DNA of 64,000 nt from the NCBI GenBank assembly GCA_036630325.1, contig CP142732.1:744001-808000 (forward strand), read 5' to 3'. Of the stretch, positions 10,405-24,559 are shown piece by piece. This DNA is from Vairimorpha necatrix (Eukaryota). A program made the translations under genes and the position numbers. The notes under the pieces are model-generated. The model searched no databases, was not told the origin of the DNA, and saw only the letters and a program-made list of their open reading frames with translations. The stretch's first letter is position 1. The number at the start of each line of letters is the position of its first letter.

Positions 10405-11800
10405 ATGCAGATCGAATATTTACTCTCAGAAAAGGGGAAGAAAAAATTAATTTTAGAAGGTCATCTTTTCTTTAAAGAAAAAGATGTTTGGGAACTATCC
10501 AAAATATATTGGAAATGTGAATACTATCAAAAGTACAAGTGCAAGTGTAGAGTGATTACAATGTCTAATGGGGAAATTAAAGTGTTTGGCGAACACAACA
10601 ATTCGGGAGATGCTGCTAAAGTCGAAGCCGATAAAATATATGCTAATGTTCGAGCCTTGGCAAAAAGCTCTAGAGAAGCGCCACAATCTATTATATCAGA
10701 TTGTTTATCTCTTTGCAGCCATGCTGCAGCTCCAAAATTGCCATCGATTGACAATATGAAGCGTAGCGTTCGGTATATTCGACAAATTGCAGAAACTAGC
10801 CCCGCACTCCTAAATTCGCGGCAAGAAATTACATTCACAGACGAATTCAAATAAACGACAAGAGGGGAACCCTTTTTGCTATATGATTCTGGACCAGATG
10901 AAAACAGAATTTTAATTTTTTCGACGACTCACAATTTACGGCTTTTGGCAGATCGTCAACACTGGTACGCAGATGGCACCTTTAAAACCGTACCATTATT
11001 ATTTCATCAACTGTACACAATTCACGGGCTAAAACAAAGTGCTTCTATTCCCTTGGTCTTCGCTTTATTGCCAAATAAATTAGAGCAAACGTATTCTAAA
11101 TTTCTTTGCACTTTAAAAGAGTTGGAACCATCATACAATCCGCAATCCATAACTGTAGATTTTGAAAAAGCCATGATGAATGCTATTTCAGTACAGTTTC
11201 CTGGTGCAAGTGTAAAAGGATGCTTTTTTCATTTCTCACAGTGCATTTTCGAGCCGTTCAAAATCATGGACTCAAACTACTGTACAATACAGATCCAGAA
11301 TTTGCACTGCAAATAAGATCGCTGGCCGCCATAGCATTTGTACCTTCCAATTTTGTTGTTGAAGTTTTTGAAGAATTGTCTGACAGAATACTGCCCATCG
11401 AAGCTCTGCCCGTCTTAGATTATTTTAAAGATACTTGGATTGGCCGCCCAAACCGAAGACAGCGTCGAGCCCCGAAATTTGCATCAGAGATATGGAATAT
11501 GTACTCCAGAACAATAGATGGTCTACCGAGGACTAACAACTCGGTCGAAGGTTGGCATCGTGGGTTCGAGTTGCAAGCTGGTGGCACTCACCTGAATATT
11601 TGGAAGTTTATCAATTGCTTAAAAAAGGAACAATCTCTAAATGAAGTTCGAATAGAACAATTTTTGTCTGGTTTTAATGCTCCTACATCTAAAAAAAATA
11701 TCGCGATTGTAGAACGAGACTTCTAAATATAGTGTCCAATTTTAATCGATAAAATATTAAAAAATATATTCGTGCCATTGCCCATAATCTGACATTTTAA
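10405..11800 (+). pseudogene. FLYWCH-MULE transposase with an in-frame stop (10852-10854) and frameshifts (about 11245 and 11695)
   Basis: IYWKC..CKCRV..GEHN FLYWCH; WYADGTFK, FHQLYTIH, ITVDFEKAM, GCFFHF, RTNNSVEGWH. Confidence 0.9.
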
Positions 11801-14800
11801 TAATAAATTATTAGATTTTTATGTTTTCTATTATTTTTAATTAGTTTTTTATGTTTATGATCATTTTGATACTTTTTCTATTTTTTAATTTATTTAGTGA
11901 TATAAATATAGTAATATTCAAATGCTATATTGCACAATATTTATGATCCATACAAAAAAAAATTTAAATTAAATATGTATATCATAAATATACCCATAAA
12001 AAATACATATTTCAATTTTTCGGTGAATTTGTTGTCGGTGAATTTGTTGTCGGTGAATTTGTTGGTCGGTGAATTGATTTTCGGTGAATTCTCCGGACAC
12101 CAGTCATTTTAGTGTTCTAAATGTTACCTTTTTCAGAAAGACTTCAAAATCAGCTCATCTTTATAATGTTGGCGACAATTAGTAACTACAATGCCCACTT
12201 ATCCACATACGTAAAAAAACCATACTTTAATTCATATACAGAAGCTGCTTATTCTCTACTAAATATTATACTATTGCTTTTTTTGTTTGCATTATTCTTA
12301 GCTATTAAAATCAATACTTTTAATATCTAAAATGCATTATTTATTTTGTTGACTAAGTGTACAGGGTCTTATTGTATTATACTTTGAGTGCACTCCAAAC
12401 CTCTTTTCTACTCTAAGCTGTACGTCTTTTTAACATACATGTTTTAACTTTAAGTTTTCCTTTCTTGTTTGCTTGCAATTGCATCGTTTTTGTATAAATA
12501 CATTATAAAAGTTCGTCATGCCACACATATAAACATGTTATTTGTTTCCATCGATCTGTATTGCCATGTTGTTGATTGTCATTGATCTTTTATACATTTG
12601 GAACATTTCCTATTTTTTTCTATAAAGATGTTACTATATCGCAGAGTACGCAGGCCGGTATTTTCTGTAGGTTGGATATTAACATTTATAAGTATATTAA
12701 CTAACCAATAACAAAAATTAAACATTTTAAAGTTATAATGAGTCTCATATACTTATGTTTGTTCAATTTATAATATATTGTAATATTTTTGGCGTTTACA
12801 AGATTTACTGTGATTCATTTTATTGCTTATATGTACAATTCAAGGGATTATTGATCTTAAAAAGGTGTGCATTACGATAAAAAACTGGCTATACTATACT
12901 CCTTCTCCTTAATTTGGATTTTTTTTGCTGTCTAAATATGTAAACAGTTGTAATAACCCATTTTACCTTCTAAACTTTTTATTGTTATCTTATTTTTGGT
13001 GTATACGTAATCTTTGCAGACACATTACTGGTGTGTGGTAGTTGTATGGATATTTAATCTTTTAGTTTTACCTTTTTTATTCCATGACATAATTCTTATG
13101 ATCCCTACTAATAGTTATGCCGTGATATGCTTTATACATGTACCCTCATTATATTGTCTATATAATTACGTATTGTATTGTACTGCCGCTTAATTGAGGT
13201 ATAATTTATAAACATTTAAAATTAAATCCAATTAAGTTTAGACTTAATACAATTTTTTTAATAGCAAGATTTATAAGGATTCCACAAAAGTGTTATTAAA
13301 TCATAACAACGATAATTATTTGTCTTTAAAACTTCACAGACGTAAAACAAATAAACCTTCTAATTGACATTTTAATAAGTTGTATGAATCAAATATTATT
13401 TAACAACGTTTTTACTAGAAAATAGTGCATTGCATGGGTTAACAGAAGGTACATAATGCAAGTTACAATTATCGCCTTATATTCCTTTATCATCAAAATA
13501 TCTTCAACATTTGAGTTTTTCTTTATCCCGAGATATGTTAATATTATCTTTTTATATATTGCAACTATAAAATGCAATAAATAAGTTTAATAAATTTAAT
13601 TTTGTGCCAAAAATTTAAGGTATTGAAATTATATTATATATTTTTAGTACTTTATAAGATGTGGAACAAGATACTGTAGTAATTAATTATATAAAATTAA
13701 ATCTAGAAAAATATTTCAATCAAAAAAATCTCGAGCACGAATGGTACACGTTAATGATGCATCTAGTACAAACCTTTATAAGTATTTTAATTTATATTGA
13801 AAATTTTGCAGTTGATAATACGAAAGGCATAAAAATCTTATATTGATCTATGTATTATAGTACGAGCTAAATATTATGTATGCTTTGAAGTCTTAAATGC
13901 ATTTATTTCATATAAACTGATAAATAAAAAAATAAAATGTTCAGTATTAAAAAGAGAGGTAGATATAATATTCAAAAAAAATCTTTTTTATGTAGAAATA
14001 ATCTCTAATACAGTTAATGTCGCTATATATCAGATCTAATAATTTTTATGTGATCAGACAAAGATGTTGTGTAATTTTAAAATATTTTGATTGTAATTCA
14101 GGATGTACGGTATTATTTAAAATTTCATTTTTTTAAACCGAACAGACACAAAGACACAAGACCCAAAAATTACTTTAAGGATTGATGTCATACACGTGGT
14201 TTAATAGAATTTATTTTGCATGAATAGATTAGCAAACTTCCATCACTATATATCTTTATATTTAATATTGCGTCATATTGGGCCGATATTCTCCAAAAAT
14301 TCATCAATAAAGACTTAGATTCCTGTTTTTAACTTTATCATAACAGAAATAAAGGATGTCATAGGACTGGTTTTCATGTTTACATTTACAACACAAAACC
14401 AATGTTGAATTTAAATTTTATACGAATGCCTTCTGTATGAAAAACTAATAAATTATAAAAATATGAAAATTTTGTTACATTAACATAAATATATATATTT
14501 GTCAGACTTCCAAATAATTTATTTATTATATTCTTTAAAAATAAATTATATACAAAAATTGTGATCATACTATTCAAATCTAAATTTATAAAAATATGAA
14601 ATTTTTTTACTGTATGTTTAATCCATTTAATTATTTTAAAAATTTTGCAAAAAATTATGGTTTCAATTAATGATTATAAATACTCTATACAACAGCAAAT
14701 AGACTATTTTAAATTTTTTTTTTACAGAAAAAATTTATTGTATATTTTTAATATCATTAGTAAAACGTAAATTTTCCCAAATTAACTTTTATAGCAACAA

Positions 14801-17747
14801 GAAAAGTTCCCAAGATAATAAATTATTTCGTTTTTTTAATTTAAAATTAAATATTATAATTAAACAATTTCTGACCCCAAGATATACAATTAATATAAAT
14901 TAGTAATGAAATTTGAACGAATGATACATAACGTCTTAATTTTTTTTATAGATTATGTATTGGGAATCTTCTAAACTTTGCATATGAATCGTCTGTACCA
15001 TGATAAAAAAAATAACAAAACAAATTTATTACAGTATTCTTGATAGTGTAAATTTTTAATAAAAGTAACCCCAATTGGCCAAAAGAAAAGAACAAAAAGA
15101 AAAAAAGAAACTACTAGGAAAGATATTAAACCTGATTTTTCATGTGATGCTCAAAAAAAGTTCCGACTACAGAATGCGTAGTGGTAAAAAGAAGGCCATC
15201 CACAAATTTTTATATTCTCTTGATACTCAAACGCGAACTTTATATGCTACATTGATTTGTTTAAATTTTATATTTCATAAAAATGATCTCATTAAACTGA
15301 ATAATGTCTATCAAAGCACTCAAGTATTTTATGGAAGAAGCCGAAAGCTAGAAGTTTAGAAAAAAAATTTAAATTAAGATTACATAGTTATAATCGAGGA
15401 TAAAATATATTTTTGGGATAACTTATAATCCCTTTTGATTATACCTTACAGTATAACGATATGATTCGAGTTCTAACATTTTCCCATTCGGGTTTTTTGA
15501 TTTTGCACATTCCTTTACTTCGGTCTCTTCTTATATCATTCAGCAATAAAATTTTCATCTTTTTTAAATATTTAGTACTATGATAAATTGTAAAACCATA
15601 TTCTAGATAATAATAATTTTTTCGATATAATTTCTAATAATTTTTTTAGGTATATTAACATGTATTATATTAATGTTGGGTTGTAAACTCTTAACCCTTA
15701 TAAATTACATAAAAAATCGCCAATTTTCTTACATTTAAAAAGCGATAAAAAAATACTATTTTACATGTCTAATAATATTTTTGCTATCTCTTTCTAGATA
15801 TCAAATAAATTATATAAAAATATAATTCATAATCACAATAAAATTTTCATACTTTAAATCTTAGGAGGACCAAAAACTTTAAACTTTCAATGATATAGAT
15901 AATACAACTCAGATTATATATATAATTAAGTTAAGATAAAATTAGTTTAATGAATCTTGTTTTGTCCAACCAAAAGAAACTAGCTCCAATTGTAGGAACT
16001 CACCTTAAGGTAAAAAACAACATCTCTTTTGTAGTGACTTAATGCTACATAATAGAATGGGGGGGGGGTTCAGTCTAGAGCGAGTCCTTTGTTGGTGCAG
16101 TCTGAGTGGGATCTTGAGCTAACTAAGATCAAACGAAGTAGAGGAGTATTAAAGAACTCGTGTTCTATCAATCATGGTTTTTGACATAGCGGGCCAAACT
16201 GTTGGAAGAAAGTTAAACGCAGTCCAATAAAACCCCGGGATAATGTTGTGGCGCGGTAAGAAGCCGAATGTGCAATGCAGATTATTGTAATGTCTTTGTT
16301 CTGATACGACGATGTATTTCCCCGAAACGCCTCATGGCCGTTAAGTGTATCCTTTGGAAGGATCTTCTAGACGCCATTAGAGGTATAAATAAAAAAAATC
16401 TTCTGCAGTCAAGGTCTAGTGTATGGCAGAGAATGCTGCACCCGCAAGTTACATTTGTAAGTTTTGGTAAATAAGAATCTTACTGTATCGTTGAAAAAGT
16501 ATTACATTTATCCCTATGATTCCACGTAGGTTCTCTTTACATCTTACTTTAAAAAAGCACTTTTAAATTTAAATCACTATAATGCTTTTAAAATCTACAC
16601 ATTTAAACTACAACAAAATATGAAAAAAATGTAGTGGTGTGATTTATCCAAAGATGTATAGACGATGGTGTTATTATTTACATTTCATTTTGACATAGTG
16701 TAAAAATCAATAGATATACATTGTACTAACATTTTGTTGGTAATTCTATATTGTGACCGGAGCATCACAAAAAAACAAGTAAAATTATTTGAAGAAAGAT
16801 GTTTCATTACATAACTGGTAAAGCTTTGAACATAGTTAACTTGATTAAAATTAAAGAATTTAAAAGCGGAAATTAGTTTATGCTGTAAAATTTTTATAAA
16901 AAAACTGGAATCATAAAACAACAAAATTCCTCAAATGAGACGAACATAGTCTGTCATTAAATATGATTTATTTTATTTGTTTGTATGCCATTCATTGGTG
17001 ATTTTATTATTTTTATCATTGTATCGATCTCAAATGTGACAAATATTACCGCAAGTTGATTAAATTTGTAATTTTGCTCTGTAGTTTTTGTGCTTCAAAA
17101 TGCATTCGCTTTTGATTTTTTAAAGTGTTACAAAATGAAAAGTGCTTCTTTTTAAAGGACCAATTAGAATTCAGAAAGAACATTTTATTTGTTGCACGGC
17201 AATTTACAAAATTTTAGAAAATATAAATCATCTTGTAATCCGAAATTCCACAAATTAAATCTACTATAAAACGTTGAAATTAAAATTTAAGTAATGACAT
17301 TTTACATTTCTTATAATATAGAAGAACAAAAATATTTTGTGATGGAATATTTCATGTCGCAAGCCACATTTGCGTAAAAGAGGATAAGACAAACTAATTT
17401 AATTGTTTTTTATCAGTGTTCATGATAGTCGTTTTTATCAGACGTATTTCCTTTTTAATATTTAAGTTAAAAATTGTTAAAAAATCAAATTTTATCAGCT
17501 GAGCAATAAACAAAGCCCTATGAATAGTAAGAATTTTAAAATTGGTGTATTTTTGAACAGATTGTAAATATGTCAACTTTGATAATTTGTATATATATAT
17601 CGATAAATATGAAATTTAAATAATTTACTAGTTTGGGGAAACACGGATATTCACTATAATTCTGCGACTTGAAGCGGAATAGTTCCGATATAGCCATACA
17701 AAAGAAATTAGTTATTAGGGGTATAATAAAAAAATAAAAATAGCCCC

Positions 17748-18251
17748 ATGAATTTTATATATCTACTGCTTCAAAATATATCAACAACAAAAAACGGAGA
17801 AAACAAAAACGGTATTAATAAACTTTTTCTAAATGGCACACTCGATTTAGTAACTTCTGAAAATTCGGAAAAGCATTTTAATGAGTTTTGTCGGGGAAAA
17901 AATTTGAAAAATGGATGGCTATTAAATGAATTTGATTATAGTGAAAAGACGAAAATTAGCTTACAGAAAAAAAAGAAATATGCCACGAATACTACTGCAA
18001 AAAATTCTCAGGATGTAACTATAAATGTACCATGTACTAATGAGAATAATACAGACGAGGATACTTTTTTAGAAACAGTTTCCAATTCAACAAAAATATC
18101 GACAAATAAAGAACACAACAAATGTATTTGTTTAGTTGGTTTTTGTTTAGAAAATAGTTTACTGGGTACTTTTTTGGGTATTATAATAGTTTTTCTGATT
18201 CTTGTTCTTCTTATTTATAATTTTCCTCAATTGTTTACTAAAGAGAAATAA
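17748..18251 (+). CDS. orphan signal-peptide plus C-terminal TM protein, family member 1
   Basis: CCCC-ATG; short hydrophobic N-terminus MNFIYLLLQNISTT; C-terminal TM LLGTFLGIIIVFLILVLLIY; similarity to members 2 and 3. Confidence 0.8.
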   Translation: MNFIYLLLQNISTTKNGENKNGINKLFLNGTLDLVTSENSEKHFNEFCRGKNLKNGWLLNEFDYSEKTKISLQKKKKYATNTTAKNSQDVTINVPCTNENNTDEDTFLETVSNSTKISTNKEHNKCICLVGFCLENSLLGTFLGIIIVFLILVLLIYNFPQLFTKEK

Positions 18252-19025
18252 AAATTTAAATAATTATTTTTTTTAGTACGTACAAAACACATCACATGTC
18301 TTCAGTAAATGATCGCAAAAACAATTTAACACCATTTTATAATATAAAAACCAAATACAATCATTTTTATAATTAAAATTCTTACGTAATATAGATTCGC
18401 CGATAAATATTATTATTAATTAATGAAACTACTTGTTTATAAACTTTGAAATTAAATCTAACCCCTAGATATAATACGAAATCCGCCCATTTTATTGTGT
18501 ATTCTAATGTGGGGTGGCTATTAGCATAGACTTCACTATATTATATATAAATTAAAGGTGCTATTAATTTATAGATTTTTAGTATTATACAGCCATAGCT
18601 GTCAAGATTCCTCACAGAGGATCTTTTTTTTTGTTGTAGATTTTAACAAAAAAATGTCGATCAATTCATATGTCATGAATAATGTGAACTTTATTTATTC
18701 TTCGGGCCAAAGACTCGGAATATGGAATCAATTTATCTTTTTTTTTGAGTCAAAAATTCGTATTTTTTCATTTACATTATTCTTAGAAGAGTTATTATAA
18801 TGTGCGATAATCTATGATTCGATAAATCAACACGAGTTTTACAAAATTACATGCTAAAACAATAGATTTTAGAAGCAGGCTAAAATTATTACAATTGTCT
18901 GCTGTACATAAAAAAATAAAATACGACTTCAGGAAAAGAAATAAAATATTTAAATATCATTCTAAAAAACTATATAATGAATTAAATATAACTAAATATG
19001 TTTGATTTTTTTATAGCGAAATTCG

Positions 19026-20005
19026 GGCTAAAAGGCCCACAATGAGCGTTTTTTGGATATAAATATTTTTTTTAAAAAAACACCCTTTTTTTGGAAAGTC
19101 AAAACGGGAAAAAAGGAAGAAAAAATAAATTTAATAATATTTGTAAATACATCTCCTTTAAAATTTCTTCTTAACATAAATCTTATTAGTGAACCAGAAA
19201 TCAGTGTTCTTGTTCTGTGTCTTACTGAAGTTTCATTTTTTATACCAAACCAATTTCCTTCAATAGTGTTAGTATGACAGCTATTGATATTGTTCACAAA
19301 TTCAATGGAATGATTAACAGTTTTATGCTCTGCAAATATGTCTTTTAATTTGCTGTAAGACTTAAAGCAGTCACTGTGTATTATTGATTCTCTGTGAACA
19401 TAATTTTTAATTATTTCTTCTAAAGTGTCAGCTCTTCTATTGTCTACTGGAATCATTACAATCTTCCTTTGGGTGGTTCTTTCAACCATCCCAAAAACCC
19501 AGACACCATCGACACGATGGCCTTTGTGATATTTCACTTTACCAAATTTGGATTCATCTATTTCTACTATTATTCCTGGTCCACCTATTTTACCAGTTAA
19601 ATTATAAACAGTATTTTCCACAATAGATAATGTTTTATTAATTATATGTCTTATGCATTTTTGACTAATGCCCAGAAATTCACATATGGCAGTCTGTTTA
19701 ACTTTACAAGACCATAGTTTTATTACTAACAAAATATCTAATATACTTGTCTTTTTGCAATAAAATGGAGTGTCTTTTAATAATGACACCTTGACTTTAC
19801 AAGCTTTCCATTTACATATAGCTACATATTTGTTTTTTTAGTCGTTTTACAATCAGCATCACATTTTGTACACTTTACTGTCTTGTTTTCGATTGCTGTT
19901 GAAAAAATGTTCATGAGCTCCTCCTCTCGACTTTTCATTTTTGGGGCAAAAAAATTACAAATTCACTTAAATACCCTTTTTCTGACCATAGTGGGGCAAA
20001 GCTCC
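19026..20005 (-). mobile_element. Merlin/ISXO2 (IS1016-like) DNA transposon, frameshifted near the N-terminus
   Basis: IGGPGIIVEIDESKFG, GVWVFGMVER, IIHSDC, VNHS, HTNTIEG; CCCC-AAAA-ATG at 19938 leading to CTKC zinc ribbon; weak GG..CC TIR-like ends; no TSD seen. Confidence 0.88.
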
Positions 20006-20763
20006 AGATCATATGGACCATTTTATAAAAAATATACAAAAGGCACTAAGTTCGAGGATGTATAGCCGCGACAGTTAAGATTCGATACGAACGAAGGCTA
20101 TTAAAAATATCGCAAAAAGAGTTAAGACGAATTATATAATTAAAAAAAATTAATTAAAAAAATCACTATATAGAGATTTTTAATCACAAGTTCAAACAAT
20201 CTAAGTTTAGAAAAACGTAAATCAAACATAATTACAACTATTAGTATTCTTTCTATGTTTACAAACTACCTCTTTTCATTATATGATGCTAAGACGGAAT
20301 TTGAACTAATTTTGGACGCTAATTCATAATTTCTGACTAAAATCTCTAAACAAAGCATATATACAGACAATAGTCTTCTAAATTACTATGTCAAATAGAC
20401 ATAAGCTTGATACTTTATGGGCGGCTAAATAAGATACCAATGATGAAAGCACAAGGGCCCCACTGCGGGATGCCTTAAAATTAGTGTGTTATGGGAAGTA
20501 AATGAAAATCTAACTTATTGTGATCAAAAAAACTAGAATGGATTTCTTCATTTGTTGATTAGAAACAAAATTATAGAATAAATCATCTTAAATAACAGCT
20601 ATGAGTAAATCACATTAATTTTATTTCATTAATTTTTGTTTCATATATTATCTACGATAATTTTTAATTAAACATAAGATATATAAATTAAAAGATAGAA
20701 TTATTTACCACGTTTTTTATGCTTGTTTAACCTTCTGTAGAAAAAAGAATCGAGTATAATTTA

Positions 20764-20812
20764 TGTGATATATTTGTATTATTTCTATCCCCCATTATGA
20801 TAAATAAAGACA
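20764..20812 (+). repeat. isolated (solo-like) 49-bp LTR related to element B
   Basis: TGTGATATATTTGTATTATTTCTATCCCCCATTATGATAAATAAAGACA; shares CCCCCATTATGATAAATAAA exactly with LTR B; TG..CA ends; no clean TSD. Confidence 0.75.
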
Positions 20813-22984
20813 TATTTTTTTTTCAAAGTTTAAAAGAGTAAATTAATTTTTTTTGGTTCTTAAGAAAATATTTTTAAATAAATTTACTTCTTGTAAAATC
20901 TAACAAGATATGTTCTATATAAGCATATCATTTTTTATAGCTAACAATGTTTTGATCCTTACATCACCATGTGTAAAAGATCACGCTCAAGGAAATTGAT
21001 GCGATTTTACAACAATCAAAACTTGGTAGAAAAGCTAAATTTATGTAGCAAAACATAAAATTCAATTTAAAAGATTGTCAGCCTTATTTTGTATATAGAA
21101 ACCTTATATTTTAAAAACACAATAACATCAAAAAAAAATTAGATATCGATCAAGTTAGAATTTTTATTTGCAAAATATCATCAATTAATAAAAAAGTAGT
21201 TAATTACAAAGATTTTGATTAATATAATATGATATCACTATTGATAAACATAGATAGATTTAAATAAAAATATTTGTACGTCATTTACTTAATATAATTT
21301 TTATAATTATTTCATGAAATGATTTTTTACAAATAACTAGAATACTTATTATATTTACGGACCAAAATTCTACTATTAAAACAGTAAGAAATCCAAAAAA
21401 TAAATTTAAATCATATTTCCAATAGATTACAGATAGAAATATTATAAGTTCATAAATCGATATTTAGACGTTAAAATGTCTTTATTTAGTGTGTATTATC
21501 ATAATTGTGCCTTATGTGTTAACTTTAGGTAGTGTAGTATCAAAGTATCCCGATGTACACCGAAGAAGGAGTAATATACAATGCAATATTAATGTTTTAA
21601 CAGCTATAATCTGAAAATACACATAATCGTTATTCTTTATATGTATAAAACATCGATAATGGTATAAATAGCAGGATAGTAGTACTTTAATACTGGAACG
21701 AAAGGTCAGAAAACAAGTGTCAAGTTAAAAAAAATAATGTTCAATAAATACTTTTTTTTCAAAAGTAATTTTTCTGCAATGTACTTTGTAAAAGTTTTAT
21801 GTGATCGAAGTAAATTTTTTTTTGGAAAGTCTTGCAAATGTAAAGTAAATAATCGTTGGTCATTCAACTTCAAAAACAATTCTTTAATGTTGTCATTTGT
21901 CAATTTTAACTCAAACCTACTAAATAAACAATATGTTAATATATCTCTGAATATTTTACTGTGCAGAAATCGTTTCTAATAGTAATAAAAGTGTTATTCT
22001 TTGACATGATTTGTTTAAAACATAATTAATTAAAAATTGTTACAATTTTATGTGCCGTGCGAATATATATAGTGTTATAAAATGTTTTATTGCGCAGTTT
22101 AATTGATTTAAATATAATATATTTTGAGTAAAAACGTGTTTGAAATTATTAAATAGTTCAGATAAAATTAATGATAAATTACTTAGATTGAAAATTATGG
22201 ACAAAAGTAAACAAAATTATAGTCCCAGAAATGCTCTATGATATAATATAAACTATTTAAATATACGCAATAACGTGGCATTATACCCATCTATCATGTA
22301 TAAGTACAATCTTTTGTTTCGAAAGTTAGGAACATTATCGAAAAATTAACTTGAATATAGAGTACCCAAAATTACTTTCATTATATACCGTATCAAAGAG
22401 TCGTCGTTATTTTAAGTTTTGTGATTATTTTTTTGATTAATTATTTTGTATAATATATTTAATAGCTATCATAAAGCTTTGTGTATTTATAATAAGGCAA
22501 TGTATTATGGAAAATTATGATATGCTATTAGAGAAATAATATTTAGCACAAATTTAATTTACTTTATTAGTTACAAGATACGATAGTTTTATAATTTGTA
22601 CTTAAGGTCTTAATTGTCATTTAAAATAATTAAAAGTTCATTAAAACATGTAAATTCTTAATCAAATACATTTCGACTGTTGCTTTTTAATTTTTATCAT
22701 TACGAGAAAAAATTATTTCTAATACTTGCATGGAATCTTGTACAAGAGAGCCTCAACCTCCTTTTTATAGATTTAGAAAAAGGGAAGTATTACAGTAAGC
22801 ATGCGTTATAACATATATCTGTAAAATTTTCATGAGTTATAATATTTGAAAAGATAAAATTTAATTTAATTTAATAATGATCAGTGAATATAAATTGCTC
22901 TGTTTGTACGATACTTCATACAATAAAAATAAATTACTACTAATATGTATTTTTTTTTGTAAACAACATTGTAATTATGCCCCT

Positions 22985-23482
22985 ATGATTTTTTTACATC
23001 TCTTATTATGTCTTATTTCAGCAACAAAACACGAAGAAGACAACGACAGTCAAATGATACAGAGCATTTATGGTCATTCTAATTTAGTTACTATCGATCC
23101 TTCAGAAATGCATTCCGACGAACATTATCAAGAAAAAAAAGCTGGACATTTAAAGTTTTTAAATAAAAAAAACCTAAAAGAAGAGGTGGAAATTTGTTCA
23201 AAGGAAAAAAATAACTCATCAGTGTTTACTGCCGACAATTCTTTTAAAGAGGTAAAAATTCCTTTTTCTTGTACTGATAAAAATAATATTATAAAGACTT
23301 CTATGTTCGAACCGATTTACAAGCCAACAACAATACCAAAAGATACAAACGAAAAGAAAAGTCTGTATTTACTAAGTTTTTACGAAGATAATAAGAAAAT
23401 GATTATTTTTTTAGTCCTTTTATTAGTATTTCTATTTATTACAGTATTAGGATTTGTTGTGGTCTTAATTAAATATCTCTAA
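22985..23482 (+). CDS. orphan signal-peptide plus C-terminal TM protein, family member 2
   Basis: CCCT-ATG at 22985 (preferred over the ORF-track start 22877); MIFLHLLLCLISAT; HSNLVTIDP..HYQEKKA; YKPTTI; C-terminal TM. Confidence 0.85.
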   Translation: MIFLHLLLCLISATKHEEDNDSQMIQSIYGHSNLVTIDPSEMHSDEHYQEKKAGHLKFLNKKNLKEEVEICSKEKNNSSVFTADNSFKEVKIPFSCTDKNNIIKTSMFEPIYKPTTIPKDTNEKKSLYLLSFYEDNKKMIIFLVLLLVFLFITVLGFVVVLIKYL

Positions 23483-24559
23483 TTTTATTGGCAAAAAACC
23501 ACTACAATATTTTTTAGTTTAAACAAGCTATATCTTACGTTTTTACCAATGTATAAATAGCCTGTGCATAATTTTATTTTATGTAACGATTATAATCATT
23601 TTCTATACTTCATGTTTTTCTTACATGATAAAAAAATTTTTAAAAAAGAGTCATTGGTTACTGAATCATTAGTTCCTAATTTGAAAGAAAATTTCTAGGC
23701 TTATTGTTAATCAAAAACGTCATTTAATTATCTGTATATATAATTATGGTGTGAATAGGATTTTCATATTTCTGGACGTGTATAAATTTATTCAATACAT
23801 TGTTTTTTAAGTTTACTAATACTTTGGGTATTATGGTTATTCGGTTGATTTCTTATTCATATGCTTTTTATTCATCTTACAGAGAAATTTTGATAGATTT
23901 TAGATAGTATGCATTTAATAAAGAAAACTAATTTTAAAGATTTTAATTTTTTAACCTTATAAGCTTTTTTTTTATTTTAGGTTTGTATTGTTTTACATTT
24001 GTGTTTATATGAACAATGGTAGGTGTATACTTCTAACGTTTGCATTCAATGTTTATAGTTCTTTCTTTGAATTTTCTTATTGCCATATATAATTTTAGGT
24101 GCTTCTTTGGTATTCGATCGATGTTTTTTTTAAAAAACCCTTCAAAAATGAAAAATTCTTCATTGGAATTCCTGGTCGAATATCAAAGAAAAGCACTAAA
24201 GTAAAATCAAGCCAATACAGAGGCCCTTTACGGTCTTGATGATTGATTAGATGCATCAATCGAGTTAGATATGTTGAATGAAAAAAAAAATCAGTCTAAA
24301 TGCAGGAAGTTATAACGTTAACATTTTAATGAGAGAGGTATTAAAAGAGCAGCATACAGATTAACAAACTATAGTGAGTGCAAAAGTGACAGATAATAAA
24401 GCAAGATTTCTTTGAATAACTTGCGAATTTATACTTTTAATTTTATATAGAAGTAGCTATTTTAATTTAAAGCATAATTCGCAGTTATATTATGAAAATT
24501 TCTGATGCAAAAAAACGACTTAGAGAAATTTTAATTAAAAGAAAATCTAATGTCATATT

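Larger units (their letters stand above)
9802..12101 (+). mobile_element. Mutator-like (MULE) DNA transposon, 2300 bp
   Basis: 9-bp TSD AGTCATTTT (9793-9801, 12102-12110); GG..CC termini; long TIRs (about 9802-10087 and 11874-12101); FLYWCH plus MULE transposase. Confidence 0.95.
9400..13110 (-). pseudogene. possible highly decayed APE-type non-LTR retrotransposon, split by the MULE
   Basis: Minus-strand remnants IRIMSWN and VMCLQ (about 13.0-13.1 kb, APE-like) and YKPIN/LNAD (about 9.47 kb, RT-like); many stops. Confidence 0.25.

Noticed and set aside
21530-21545. GTGTAGTATC, resembling the U2 snRNA branch-pairing region
   Set aside because: Flanking U2 sequence and stem-loops are absent; likely a chance match.
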